Shown piece after piece: positions 12,926 to 28,584 of a stretch of 64,000 nucleotides of DNA. The DNA is from Cycas panzhihuaensis. Its lineage: Eukaryota > Plantae > Cycadophyta. A program made the position numbers and the translations under genes. The notes under the pieces are model-generated. The model did not search any database and was not told the DNA's origin. It saw only the letters and a program-made list of their open reading frames with translations. How positions within the stretch are numbered: the first letter of the stretch is position 1; each line of letters opens with the position of its first letter. The stretch covers positions 31,255,741-31,319,740 of the forward strand of contig CM041465.1 in NCBI GenBank assembly GCA_023213395.1. The letters are read 5' to 3'.

Positions 12926-13336
12926 CCGTGGGGCTTGTCACGGTAATTTGATTCTTTTTGCCTATTCCGTACATCACGGATAGCTCTCAGTTTTCTCCGG
13001 TATTGATGTACTAGGTTGTGGGATCCTATTTTCAAACCCACTTTAATTCATTTTACCTTATCAAAAAAAATGTCGCATTCACATAATGTACAAGAAAATA
13101 AGTATTTGTGAATTATGATGAGCGAGATTTCCAAAGATGAATATGAGGCAGACTACTACAGTGTGAGAGAAAATATAATGGGTTAGATTTAGGATGAAGT
13201 ATGAGATAGATTGAGAAAAGTATGGTGAGTTAGCTTGGAACTTGTAAAAGAATAATATGAGATAGCTATAATGAGAGCAACTAAGTGACAATTGATTATG
13301 AATGATCACATTAGAAGGGGCTCCAGGATGACAATG

Positions 13337-13600
13337 TTCTAATACCACTTATTATGAACCTTGTTTAGAATTATAGGTAAATTCTTAGGTTCCAAAGAAT
13401 AGTTTAAAGTACACACATGTTTGAAAATAGAATAATAGCTAATCAACCAATTAATTTATTGATAAAAGAATAAATGATATTGAATGTTACATCAGAGAGA
13501 GTATTTATATGTATAGAATAGGCCTATTCATAAAACATTGTAACTATTTAAGGCACTCATTCACTTTAATAATTTAATTAATTAGCTTTAAGGAGGTTCG
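13337..13600 (-). mobile_element. Decayed PBS plus truncated 5' LTR of a minus-strand Gypsy-like element
   Basis: ttctaatacca (decayed reverse complement of TGGTATCAGAG), then ct, then tattatgaacc (decayed TGTTATG..). Right end not resolved. Confidence 0.45.
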
Positions 13601-14247
13601 TAATGTATACCCAATGATTTTGAGAGTTTGAGAAGTTGCAAATCTGGTTAAGGCATGGACTGAGATGGTTGTAGTATATTCTTCATCATCTATTGGTGAT
13701 TCTAATGATTTCAAAACATGTTCATGTGGTTGTTTTGGAATATTTTCTTCCTCTTGTTTCTCATCCTATGTATCCTCGATGATAAATGATTATTTTTCAA
13801 AACATTGATGGTCCTTATACTATTTTTTATTACATATAAGGCATAACCCTTTTGACTTATTCTCATAAACTTCTTATGGTCATTTATCAAACAACTAGTG
13901 AGCGTGATATAATTGGGGCATGTGATGGTATTCTCTTATCTATAAATGGTCACATGGATTGTTGAAATGCCTTATTTTTTATTTTAATATGGCATGCTAG
14001 TCTTATGGCTTATGCAATTTATGTTTAATCTCATCTCAAAGTCTACTAATTTATAGTTCTAACATTTGTTCCTTACTTAGGTTCTTAACTTGTATGTAGA
14101 GGTATTGGTATATAGAGATATTCTAAAACTATACTATCTTATTGAACCTTTCTGAGTAGATTGGAATAGTCATTATCCTAAATATTATCATATTTAGTCT
14201 CAAGGTCCTTAAAAGAATAGTCCCAATCATGATTGAGTCCACTAACC

Positions 14248-14886
14248 TATTAGATATGTGATAACAATTATGAGAAGTATTTAATTTTTGGGATCTTTAT
14301 TAGTATGGTTTTCCCATCAATATTTCCTTAGGGGGATCCAAGGGGGGCGACAACACCTCTTGGCTATGAGGGGAGCAGGGGGTAATGGAACACCCCCCTA
14401 CAAGTGGGGGTTCAAGAGCGATAGCCCCCAAAGCAAAAAGTTAGGGCTCAAAACCTATCAAATTATAAAGCGAATCTAGGTTGTTCATAAAAAATATATA
14501 AATCTAATAACTACGATTGATATGCCTTTTTTGTAGCCTATTTTTATGTTAATTGTATCACATTATATTTTATTGCATAACATTATAAATGGATAGTTGT
14601 TGGTTATTACTACTGTAAAAATTTTATGGTGACTACATATACAATCTTTCATTCTTAACTAATGAAGATTGATACCTTTCCTATGTGGATGTTTCCCAAG
14701 CACTCCACTAGGATTTCACCATGTTAAAATCTATGTACTAGGTAATGTATATGCTTTCTTATGTATGTTGAATAATATCTAGTTTTAGATACTTACATTT
14801 ATTATAGTTTCAAATCCTTGTTATTATTGTAATATAGTTAAATCTTGGTGGTTGGTTTTGGTTATTTAGACCATGTTTTCTCAATA
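14248..14886 (+). mobile_element. Solo LTR of the Copia family at 41468-46809
   Basis: Homologous along its length to LTRs 41468-42104 and 46138-46809; flanked by exact TSD TAACC (14243-14247, 14887-14891). Confidence 0.93.
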
Positions 14887-16476
14887 TAACCTTTATCTTC
14901 ACCCACTAATACCACTGGTAAGGCTTAGATTCCATATGCAGAGAGGCTATTGATATCCCTTTATCCTTTAGGAGATAGTGAATGACAAAGTATTGTTCCA
15001 TTTGTGACACCCAAGTTTGAATGCCGTTACTATTGAATTTTTTTAGCTCTACCTTTAGAAAAAAGGTAAGCCTCTCTTATCTGTTATCATGGTGATCATC
15101 ATCCATGCCCTTGTTATGATATCCTTATTGAGATGTATTATCCAAATTGAGTTTCTTTTTTCCTTTATGGTGGTAGTCATTCTCCTTAACTTGGTTATCC
15201 TTGGTGAAAATTTTCTCTAGCAAGGAAGTCATATTTGATAATTGAAGGGCTAAATAATTTTAGTGTGTTATACCTCTTGAAGCTTAACATCCATTTCCCC
15301 TCTTAATGAGATGATTAAATCATTGAGTTTAATGCTCCAATCATGGTTGATTTTAGAAGCCATTTTCCTTCTTGAACTTAATTCAATATTTGCTTGTGAA
15401 TATGGGTTCTTAAGGATGTTAGGCCCTTAGTGGGTGTCCTTTAATTGTTGTCTCACTTATTTTATAATTAGGCAATATGGTTTTATTTATTTATTTTTGT
15501 CATTTATAATTGACTAACTAATCTCCTTTTTTTTTTTTTCTTTTTTTTTTTTTATCGATTGATTGACTGACTAATTGTGTGCACACAAACTGATGATAAA
15601 CTAATTGGACATACTAGTTTCTACAAATTAATGATGATTGGCTCATTGACTAACTAGGTATGCACAGACCACTAACAAACTAACTAGGTACGCTAGGTCT
15701 ATGATTATCTAGTTTGTAGGCCCTTCAATATACTGATCTTAGTTGTAAATAACATCAACTTGAAAAGGCTAATTCTCTACTCTATAGTCATATTACCTTT
15801 TCTCTAGGATGCGTGGAGAGTAACATCCTAGAGCTAATCACTTACCAGTGCACTATAAATTATAGGTAGCCAATAGGTTTCCTATAATTACCTATACTAG
15901 AAAGGCCTACCTAGGGAGTCCTCCTATATACCTGTAGGTGTGTGGAGGTACAATTTCATAGTTGAGTTCTATCTAAGGCTTGGTTTAGGAGTGTGATCTC
16001 TAGTCCTTCACATAAGAGGTAAAGAATCCACAATATGCTTAACCCAAAATGATAGATTATTGTGATATTTATAAATCCCCAACATACGGTCTCTATCTAA
16101 ATGCAAAGGAAAACTGTTTGGTGGTAGCATTAGGGTAGCTACCCCATTATAGTGATGTATATCTCTAGAAAGTAGGAGTAACTAAGCATAATTCAAAATG
16201 AGAATAAATACTGATAGAAATAAAAACTGATGGAACAAAAAAAACTAACTATTCAATATATTTGTCTATCTCACAAGCCATAGATCAATCGCTTTGATAC
16301 CACTTAGAATAGACTTTACTCTAACAATTGCTAAATCATCCAATGAAAGTTGAATTCTCTTCAAAAAAAATGCACAAGGACAAGTTCACTTTGTTTTATT
16401 AGGCCACTTTAAAGGGGTAATATCTAATACGTAATATCTCAATGCTTAAATATATCCTTTACAAGACTGGAAAGCA

Positions 16477-17650
<1,174 letters not shown>

Positions 17651-20600
17651 AGACTGCTAAGGCTACTCATCCCTCTTGACTAATGCATGTGGGACAATTA
17701 CAATAAGAGACTAGTGAAGATGAAGAAGGAGAAGAAGATACATTAAAGAGAGAAAGGAGGAATATAGATGTATTGAAAGGGGGTTGGGTACATAACATTA
17801 TTTAGACCCCCCATGTTTTATTGTTGTGAATGTAAACCTCTATAGAGTTCTATTAATTATTGTTATATGTGAGCTTTATAACTTAAAATCATTGATGTAT
17901 TCTAGCTAAAGGAGTCATTGATAATAGTATCTAATGAATTGTTTTGGCTAAAGAATCAATGATATAATAGATATTAATTTTGGAGGCTTATATAATTTAA
18001 CTTCCTTTGTTAGTTATGGATGGAAGTTGGCATGAATACCACTTCCTTTACATGATGTTTATGATTAATTATTTGTTTAAATATTATTAATAAGAATTTT
18101 ACATAATAAAAGGTGAGATTGACACATGTTTCTAAACATTGCTAGCCAAGGAGTATAACTTGTTCCTGAATATTGAGCTTTATGACATTAAACGGTCAGG
18201 TAGTTCAACTTGCTCCCAAGACACACATTAGATAAAGACCTATTTAATGCGAATGAGCCATGCGTATGAAGATATCACCTAGACGGCTAGCATACATAGT
18301 AGTTGGTTACCCATGTGATTCAATGTATGGTGATATCTTTATATGTACGCCAACATCATTTTCTAATGAAATAGATTAATAATTAGAGAATAGAGGTTAC
18401 ATTTAATATAGTTTTTATTACAAAAAATTTAACATTATGGGGGGATATTAGAATATAATATTTAATTTTTAAAGGGTCTTATGTTTATTATTTAATATAA
18501 GGGACATTGTATTAAAATGTTAGCCATAATTGGGGTTAGTTGTAATTTAATGTTATAATCCTAGCTATGTGTGGCCTATTATGCACACACCAGATTGTAA
18601 TGTCATTGTAATATTGATCATGCATGGTACCATATGTCACCTTGCATGATCAACTCATCATATTCTTAAAAAATAGTTTTACATTACTATATGTACACAT
18701 TCGATATTCAATTTAATATGAATGAATATATATTAGTACTTTGTTTATTATTTTCTATTTTTACTTTTGAATATCAATTATGTGCATTCTTCATCTTTTA
18801 GAAAGTGTCAATAGGCAAAGTTATAATCTTTGGTTTCATAGAGGATTTAGTTCTAGTTACAGTTTATATAGAAAAGTAGTTGTTGATATGGTTGGTGTAT
18901 CAAAAATATTATGGGCATTAATTATAAACCATTAAATATTATTATCTAGCATCAAGTATACAATAAAATTATGCTATAACAACTTGGAAGGAGTCTGATT
19001 TATATTACATATATATTGAGGACTACTTAGTAGGTAACTTGGTGAGTATTTTTTTTTACTTGTCTTTTCATTTTTATTTACTCTTATAGCTTGACATGGA
19101 ATAAATACTAGTACAAAAAGTCAATTAGAGGTGTTTATTGGCATAGTAAGAGAGATAGATACTTATTTTATAAAAATAAAATATTAAAATTAAAGTGGGC
19201 TTATCTAAATTCCCTCATCCTAATGATGACTATCCTTCTCTCCATGTCTTTTTTTTGATAGAATCTTTGTTTTCTTTAATTCATAATGTGGTGTTATACT
19301 TGCATGTTTTGATCTAATACAATTATAGAAGTCAATTACAGATATGATGGATTATTAATTTTAATTATTAGAAGTCAATTTTATTCTTATTAAGGAGTAG
19401 GTGTCTTATTATTATTATTATTAAAAGTCTATTTTATTATTATTAGGAAGTTAGTTTTCAAGAAGGTGATCAATTTTGACACTTATAAATAAAGGATTAT
19501 TATTTATTTATAAATAATCTTTTGTGAGTTAATTCATTTAGAGTATCTTAATTCATTTAATCAATTAATTCAATTTAAGATCACTTCAAGTAGTATTAGA
19601 GATTCATTTTTTATTTATCTAAGATATGCGCTTTCAAGAGTATAAATAGAAGAATTTCAAAAAATAGTCACAAAATTGGGTTGATTAAGCCTCTTTCACA
19701 AATTTTGAGTGGTTATATAATAGAGTTTAGAAATAAATTATGAGAATTATAGGAAATTTAATTTCAGTCTATTGTTTATTACTATCTTTAAGGTTTACAA
19801 TCTACTACTAGAATTTTAAACATCATAATTTTGGTTGCAAGTGTCTAATTAACTTCAATTTTTTTGGAAATTGTATTGTAATATATACTTTCTATTGGAA
19901 ATGATTTTAGATCTATTAGATATCAATGTAAAACATTATCAATATTTTAGTAATAGGTATTGTTGCAGTTTTTAAATACCCTAATTGTGACCCATCTTAA
20001 AAGGGCCACAACTTTTGTGACATATATCATAATTCACTTTTATCTGAACTATTAGGATTTTGGTCTAGAGGGCTTCATTTTAAGCTATAATTATTAGATT
20101 AATATTTATATATGAACAAATTGGATAGGTGAGTCATCAAGAATTATTAAAGTCCTAAATGGACTTATAACATATATCATAGGAGTTATTACAGTCCTAA
20201 ATAAGGTGATGACAAGTGCCAATTAGTTACAGATTCTTTCATGGACTGTTACTGAATCAAAGTATATATTAATGTGTACCATATGTGATATTGTATTGTA
20301 CAATGGAGGGGTCATTCTAAATAAATTAAAATTAATGTTATTGGTAGACCAATTCTACTTAGTATTTTCTTATCTTTTTTATGTAATATTATGTGATTGT
20401 TTATTAGTTCTATATTCAATTCTTAAATCTCATATTTTGTATTACAGTGGGTCACTATTATTGGTTGTAGATTAATTTTGTAATCCAATAGTGTATGAAA
20501 TATTATAGGTTTGAATAAATTCTGCTAAATTTATTAATTCTATTGTGTTAGAAGAAGGGTTTACATGAAGTAGGAAATACATGTAATAATTATCAAATAA

Positions 20601-21039
20601 ATAATACTAAATCATTCTTAAATTACAAATAGATCTAACAGGTAGAAAACCCCCTAATGGAAACAAAAAACCACCTCCTAAATATAATATTTTATAATAA
20701 TAATTAAGAATACTTTACAGAATAATTATGGTGAGGATCTCATCCTCCCTCTTTTGTTTTATATCAACCAACCAACCTACATAGCCTTACACAAGCCAAT
20801 CCATACTTTATTTGTCTATCCTTACACCAACCAACTTGACCACACTAAATATGCATGAGGATGATTTAGATAGAAATACGAGTATAGTTCGTTGAAATGG
20901 ATGATTGTCTATTTCACCAAACTTATAGTGATAAATTAACTTTTAATTAAATAAATAATAACTTTAGAAAATGTAATATTAGAAAAACATTAATATTTTT
21001 AACATCCCCCTTTAATATTAACTTTTATACAATAGTAGA

Positions 21040-24000
21040 TATAGTAGATAGAGAAAAAGATAAGAAAGAAGATAAAGAAGACTTTATCATGGTGATACCC
21101 CTTTGATAAAGACTTCTTTAATCTTTATTAATTATCAATGATATGCAAGTCTGTAGGATAATAAGATAAGTTAATAGTATCATCACTAATAAGATGACAA
21201 ATAAAATATTGATGTAATTCTATATGCTTTGTACTAGAATGTATAACATAATTAGTAGTTATAGATATCGCACCTTTATTATTAACATTTATTTTAATGG
21301 AAGAGTTAGGAAACAAACCAAGATCACTTAATAGAGCTTTAATCCAGAGTGATTCTTTATTAGCTTCAACCAGTAATCGATATTCAACTTTAGTCATAGA
21401 TAAGGCTAATGCTTACACTTTTTTACTAAACCAAGTGATTGGTGAAGAATCTAGAAAGAAAATATAACTGACTGTATATTTACAATCATCAGAGTCTTCT
21501 ACCCAATCAAAATTTATATAACCTATCAATTACAGGTTAGAATTACAATAATTATATGTTAGACCATAGAATATTATACCTTATAAATACCGTAAAATCT
21601 ATTTAGCTACTTTTTAGTGTGATTTGTGAGGCTTTTGCATGTATATAGAACATAAGGCAACAACATAGGAGATATTTGGATTGATATAGGTTAGGTAAAT
21701 AATACTACCTATGAGCTGACCATAAGTTATAGGATCACAAAATGGTGTTTAATAATCAATGGATAACTTTACATCTGATTGTAAAGGGTTTGGAGCTAGT
21801 TTGGAAATTTTCATATTAAATCTTTTTATTAGGTAAAGAATATGTTTGGGTTATGAAGTAATGATTTTAGACTTAGATTGATAAATTTGTAGACCTAGAA
21901 AGTAGTGTAACAGAGCTAAGTCTATTATTTCAAACTTGTTCATTAAAATGGATTTTATTTCATGAATACTAGAAGTTAAAGATCTGATTACGATTATATC
22001 ATCTACATAAATAATTAGGATGGTAATATTATTGTTTTCTCTTAGAAAATAGAGATTAGGATTATTAATACACTTAGTATATCCATTCTGTATAAGATAG
22101 TCATTAATTTTGATGTACCAAGCTTGAAGAGTTGGTTTAGACCATATAATCATTTTTTCAACTCACAGATAAGATTAAGGTTACAAACAAAGCTAGTGGG
22201 TTATTTTAACTAAATTTCTTCTTTAAGATCACCATTTAAGAAGGCACTTTTAACATTCATATAATGAATCTTCTAGCCAAATTTAGCTGCTAAGGTAATA
22301 ATGGTTTTGATTATATTCATCTTAGCTATGGGAGCAAAAGTTTCGATATAATTGATATCATCAACTTGGGAGAAACCTTTGGGTACTAAATGAGCCTTAT
22401 GCTTTTCAATCATACCTTCTAAGTTAAATTTATTTTAGTAAACCCATTTGTAGTCTACCAAGTTCTTTTTGGGGAGAAGTATAACTAGATCCCAAGTTAA
22501 ATTCTTTTTAAGAGCATCAAATTCAACTTGTATGGCTTGCTACCATATGAGATTGTTACTTACTTCATTAAAGATTTTTTGGGTCATCATTGGTCATGAC
22601 TTTGACCATTAGAGAAAAATTAGTATGAAGTTTCTGGGAATGAGTTCTTCTAATATCTGATGGATTACCAACATTAAAACTAACATCAACAAGAGTTTTC
22701 TATGCCTAAACAAGTTGTTTATTATTATTAATTAGTTGATCAAGGGAAGTTGGCTAACTAGATGTAGATGAGTCAGACATAGTAGGTTTAGTTAAAGTCT
22801 AATTTTAGACTTAAGTGGATAAAGACTTGATTATTTTAGAGTTAATTTATTTATCTAAGGGGTCAACTAAGTAAGTATTAGTTAATAAGTTCTCAACATA
22901 AAGTTCTATATAAGTGGTTTTTAATGAAGATCCTTCTTCATCAAATATAACATCATGTAGGATCAAAATCTTGTGCATGATTAGATCAGGTAGCTTATAA
23001 GCTTTACTTTTCTTTACTGTAACTAATGAAGATAAATTTAGAACTTTTGGGGTTGAGTTTCTATCATTTCTCCTTTGGAACATGCCCCTAAGTAATGCTT
23101 CCAAAGATTATAAGGTGTTTTATAGAAAGTTTATGACCAGAACACTTCTGTTCTAGTGTAACATTCTATAAAGACTTACTAGGTAAATGATTTAAAAGAT
23201 AGTTAGAGTAAGATATTAGTTTATCCCATAACTTTAGATCAAGACCTTTTACGTGTATCATACATCTGGTCATCTCTACAAGGGTACAATTCTTGTGTTT
23301 AGTAACATCGTTCTATTGAGAGGTATAAGTAATGGAATGTTGGAACCGTATTTCATGTTTTATACAATATAAAGTAAACTTATTACTTAAGTATTCTTTA
23401 GTGTTATCAAACCTAAAGATTTTTATTTTAGAGTTAATTTAGTTTTTAATTAATGTTTTAAACTTAATAAATATGTCAAATACATGGTTTCTTATTTTGA
23501 GTATATAAACCCAATATTTCTTAGAAAAATCATCGATAAAGGTGACAGAGTATCTACTTCTAGAGTATGAAGGTACTTAGAAGGGGCAACAAATGTCTGA
23601 ATGAATGAGTTTCAGTGGATCTTTTACTCTAAATGAATTCTAATATGGAAATGGATCTATATGTTTCTTGCCTGTTATACAGGTTTTGAAAACACCATAG
23701 ACAATAGTTGGGGGAGAAGCCCATGTAACATATCATTCTTATTTAGATACTAAAGTTTATCATAGCTTGTATGGTCAAATCGAGTATACCATAGCTTACT
23801 AACTAGGTTAGATTTAGCTATAAAGGTACTAAAAGATTTTGTTTTGGAATGTTGTAGGTTAGTTAGGTTATAGAGACATGTTTATGATCGACAGGTCTTG
23901 AAGCGATTGATTTAAACTTATTTAAAGGTTATTTAATGATAAATCTATCTTTCTAGAATTCCATAATGAGTTTCTGGAGTATTTGATAGACTCAAATAAG

Positions 24001-25290
24001 ATTCAATAATAATTTAAGAATGTAAAATATATCCTTGATAGAATTATCTTTCAAAGAAACATCTCCTATTCCTTTGACTTTCAGTTGAAAGTAGCTTCTA
24101 AAAAAGATTTTCTCTTCAGAGTTAAGATTATTAGAATGGTATGTTGACGAGTATTTTTAGTGTCCCATTATATGATAGGATGCATCATAATTAAGAATCC
24201 ACATAGGTGGCTAAGTAGTTAGGGTTGAAAAGGCTAATGTGGTAGTAGTTAGGGAATGGCTAGGATTATGGGATCGAGATTAGATCCCCTTAGAAGCTTT
24301 CTAATCTTTAAAAGCAATTCTATTTCTGTAAATATCAATGGTATACCCCTTTTTATGGCAATAAGCACAACTGACATCCTAATTAGAGTTAGAATTAATA
24401 GTATTCTATTTTTGGGATGACTATTTAGAGATATTCTAGCCTTTTGGTGGTCTAGAATACTTAGTATTATGATGAAAATTATTTGAAGAAGAAGAAGAAC
24501 CTCTATGAGGTTTTTTGAACTTAGGGTTACTATTATGATTTTGATGGCTGTTTTGATGTTTAAACTTGTTTAGTGGTTTTGACTTTGAAAAAAAGCTTGT
24601 GAGGGATTTTGTAACTTTCTAGTTTGAATGAACATTGTCTGGTATTTAACCAACTAGTTTGTTAATTGATTGAATGTAATTAGAGGGTAATTGGCTTGCT
24701 ACTTAGTAGTTTTAAACTAATTAAAGTGTTTGGGTCATTTATTGATGGTAAGACAGATGAGTATATTATCATCTTTGGCATGAGTGATAGTTTCAATTTT
24801 ATCACTTACTTTGGTTGAAGATTTAATGCAATTTCCCAGGTCTTTGTTAATAAGTTAAAGTTTTGATAAGAAGTCTTCAACTTTTGAGAAATATTTATAA
24901 TTTAAGTCATACATTTATTATTTTAAAACAACTAGTTGTTGTGTATTGACTTGTCGTATTTTTTCTTGAGTGAATTCCAAACTGTGTCAAGATCATCTAT
25001 TTCAGAGAACTACTGACTTATGTCTAGTGAGAGAGAGGTTAGGATGGTGCCTAGGGCTCTATCATAATTCATCAAGTAAACCATATAGGCTTTTGATGAA
25101 GTGTCTATTAGTTTTACAAATTCTCTTATAACATATCACCATATCTTTTGTTGCTTTAGATGATGGGATATACAAGCTTTCTAGTCAACATAATTTGAGC
25201 ATGTTAAAATTGTAAATGAAGGATAGGAGACTGTCTCAGATATGAGTGTTATTTTGGGAATAAAACTGACAATTATAGATCCTCATTAAT
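21040..25290 (-). pseudogene. Degenerate Copia gag-pol (protease, integrase, RT, RNase H)
   Basis: IIYVDDII, LLHYFLGLQI, TKVEY..ANKESLWI, TKHIELHQYFI, SKAYKL..HDVIFDE; many stops. Confidence 0.9.
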
Positions 25291-27322
25291 AGAAAAAATA
25301 AGGAAATGAAAAGGAGAGCAATGAGATTAAGTCAGTTTTAAAGTAATCATAACATTTGTTTTGACTTAAACATTAATGCCAATAATTAAGAGGTGTAAAT
25401 TTTAATGATACACTTGAGAAATTAAGTCAAACATATAAGAATTTACATGTTTGTAACATCATTTATATTAAATAATAGTGATTTGATTATGTTTAATAAA
25501 CTACAAACATATTTGATAATTATATAAAAAATTGATGTAGTTAAGTATTGAATTTATCAAATAATTTAATGTATACTGAATTAAAGCAATAATCTTAAAA
25601 TAGTATAAAGAAAATTCTAAATTAAAATCATGTACCTTAACTTACCTAGTCATGATTAGAAGATTGATTTTAGGTGATATTTTATAAGTCAAGATGTCAT
25701 GTAAATGGCTCGAGTGATCAGTCAAAACGTCTCCATCTAAACCAAGAATTTGATGCATCTTCCAGAACTAAATTTTGACTCAGTATGAGGAAGTTATGGT
25801 CAAAAGTGTATAGATACCTCTTTTGTAAAATAGTAGGGGTTGAGAAATAGGGTTTTAAGCCCTTTCTAATATTGGAATAGGGTCACATGAGGAGCTCATA
25901 TGACCATGGATTGGCTAAAAAGGGGGGCTAGTGAATGGTTGACCTAAAAGTTTATTTCAATTTTATTTAATTTAATTGAAATATTAAAAAAATAAAATAT
26001 AACAATAGTGGCACATCTAAAATATGATTTAGACAAATTATAAGATTTTATGACTTTGCAACAAAAAGTTAAAAATATATTGGATTTAATAGGGATCTCA
26101 CATCCATTTGGATGTAAAAACGAATAAAAAAATTAACCCTAATTCAAGGGTTTCAATAGGTTTGTAGGTGGTGACAAATTTTGTGTCGATTTCTTCTGCA
26201 GATTTATGGAGAGGTTTGGAGACTTAGATTTTATTTTTTTGGCCTCTGCATAAAGACTACATAGTATCTTCAGTCTACATCTTTGTAACTTAGATTTAGG
26301 TCAGGCGATGCATTTATTTATAGATCTTTGTTGATGTGGCATCTACGTTTAATTTTTTTTTTTTTTGGTATTAAACAACTATGTCTATGTGTAGGTTAGA
26401 GATAGAGGGTTGTAATGTGATGGAAAGGAAACTAATCACATGCCCTTCTATCCTTCATTTTTGTAGCTTCTAGAATGCCTACTCCATCAAGCCACTTTAA
26501 ACTTCCTATTGATGCTCTCTTTACTTCAATGTTTAGGAGCAATGATGGGACTTTAAGGAGGCTATGGTAGGATGGACATCTTCGTTGTTGGACAACAACT
26601 GCAAAATGATGATGTTGATGAGCAGAACAATGGCATCCAGTTCAGACTTTGTTCATTGGTGTTTGGAACATAGACAACATGAGGACTATGGTTTTTTGCT
26701 TGGAACCTTCCTTTTAGGTGCTCTAATCCTAGTTAATAAATGGTAGTTGTTATCCTTCCAACCCTATGTGTACGACCATAGATGTGGCTTTGAGATAACA
26801 TTACAAAACCTTGTTTCCAAATGTTTATATCTTGGCAAATCTACTTCTAAATCCCTGCTCTGATATAATGTTAGAGGAAGGGCTTATGTGAAGTAGGAAA
26901 TAGATATAATAATCATCAAATAAATAATACTAAATCATTCACAAATTACAAATAGATTTAACAGGTGGAAAACCCCCTAGTAGGGATAGAAAACCACCTC
27001 ATAAATATAATATTTTATAATAATAATCAAGAATACTTTACAGAATTATCATGGTGAGGATCTCATCCTCCCTCTTTTATTTCAGATCAACCAGCTAGCC
27101 TATGTAACCTTGCATGGTGCAATCTATGCTTTATTTGTTTATCCTTACACTAACCAACTTGACTTCACCAAATGTGCATGAGGATGATTTAGATAGAAAT
27201 ACAAGTGGAGCTCATTAAAATGGATGATTGTCCATTTCATCAAACTTGGAGTAATAAATTAACTTTTAATTAAATAAATAATAACTTTAGAAAAGGAAAC
27301 ATTAGGAAAAGATTAATATTTC

Positions 27323-27680
27323 TGTTGGAGTATCCCGTCGAACCCTCAGGTGTTTCCAACCCATCCTTAATTGGCTTTGTAGGTGTCCTCGACCTGGGTC
27401 AAGCCTGGCATGTTTGTGGATTATGGAGGGATCAATTCCACTTGGGTCTTTTGGTTTAATGGTAACTTCAACATGGTATCAGAGCCAAGGCCAGTATTCG
27501 AATCACCTTAGGTTCAGCGTGGGGGTGGGTGTTGGAGTATCCCGCTAGACCCTTAGGTGTTTCTAACCCATCCTTAATCGACTCCGTGGGTGTCCTCGAC
27601 CTGGGTCGGGCCTGGCATGTTTTTGGGTTGTGGTAGGATCAATTCCATCTGGGTCTTTTAGTTTAATGGCAACTTCAACA
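27323..27680 (+). mobile_element. TRIM (terminal-repeat retrotransposon in miniature), 358 bp
   Basis: 151-bp LTRs 27323-27473 and 27530-27680 (TGTTG..CAACA); PBS TGGTATCAGAGCC at 27474; PPT GGGGGTGGG 27521-27529; exact TSD ATTTC. Confidence 0.97.
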
Positions 27681-28381
27681 ATTTCTAATATGTTAAAAGA
27701 CGAGTTTGCTTGCAAATTGCTTTAACATTGTTGACTAGAATTTTGTGTCTGTAGCCATTGAAATTAATCAACCTTCACATGTAAAATATGGTATGTCATT
27801 TATATTCCTCTGCTTTGAAGATGAGACACACAAATGTGCATGAATTATTAAGAAGGATGTGTTTCTTCTAAGATCAAAGACAAGCATTTGGCTCCTACTG
27901 TTTTGGGGGGAAGGGTGATGAATTCGAGAAGAATACAATACTAGAGTAGAAGTTGAAGTCTATTAAATAAAAGAATCTAGAATATGACACATATATTAAT
28001 GATTTATGTGTGTCTTGATTTATCTCTATTCAAGGATCATAATAATAACCAGATGAAACAAGCATAAGTAACACTAGAATTAATGCAAAACATAATATCA
28101 TTCGAAAATATGGAATTGTTTCTGGTCCTCTTATAACCAGATGCATACCTAAATAGTACACAATAATTACTATCCTAGCATCATGCTTACTATAGCAAGA
28201 AAAACTATGCACACATACACACACATGCCTACTTCCTAAATTGACTTCCTTTTTATACAATAAAAAATGAGTGATTTAACCATTGTTTGTTACATGTGAA
28301 ATGGTATAATAGTTTTATACAAAACAACTTTAGTTATAGACAAAATGGTTGGTTTTGTTCACTTGCATTGAACTATGAACT

Positions 28382-28584
28382 AGTTGTCATTATGATATTA
28401 ATTATAATTTGGTCATAACCACAGTGTCAATTGCACCCTGGTCGTAATTGTTGCTCCAATAGTAACCTGGTCATAACTATAATCTCAACTACAACCTAGT
28501 TGTAACTATTATTCCAACTGTGAACTAGTCATGACTACAACCTTAACTGTGACCTGGTCATGACTGTGACATCAACTATGACTG
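28382..28584. repeat. Degenerate 29-bp tandem array (~7 units)
   Basis: Units start at 28382, 28411, 28440, 28469, 28498, 28527 and 28556 (consensus ~ggtcataactrcracctcaactrygacct). Confidence 0.85.

Larger units (their letters stand above)
6952..13069 (+). mobile_element. Full-length L1-clade LINE with C-terminal RNase H (inactivated)
   Basis: Exact 16-bp TSD ATGTCGCATTCACATA at 6936-6951 and 13070-13085; short poly(A) from 13063; ~390-bp 5' UTR, then ORF1 and ORF2. Confidence 0.96.
20546..27690 (-). mobile_element. Full-length decayed Ty1/Copia element 'B'
   Basis: LTRs 20546-21004 and 26869-27690 (the latter interrupted by the TRIM); PBS gctctgatataa 26857-26868; PPT tccccc 21005-21010; flanks TATTG/TGTTA fit a decayed TGTTG TSD. 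Confidence 0.92.

Noticed and set aside
18436-19825. Possible further LTRs (PPT-like ttatgggggg before 18446; TGTTATAC..CATCA at ~19292-19825)
   Set aside because: No partner LTR, clear PBS or TSD in the window, so boundaries cannot be supported.
26400-26800. Host-gene cargo in the leader of Copia B (ORF 26564-26746)
   Set aside because: Coding-like composition but no recognisable protein in any frame; kept only as a region to search.
27323-27680. Cassandra (5S-bearing TRIM)
   Set aside because: Only an 8-nt word (acccatcc) resembles 5S rRNA, in reverse orientation; no A/IE/C box block.
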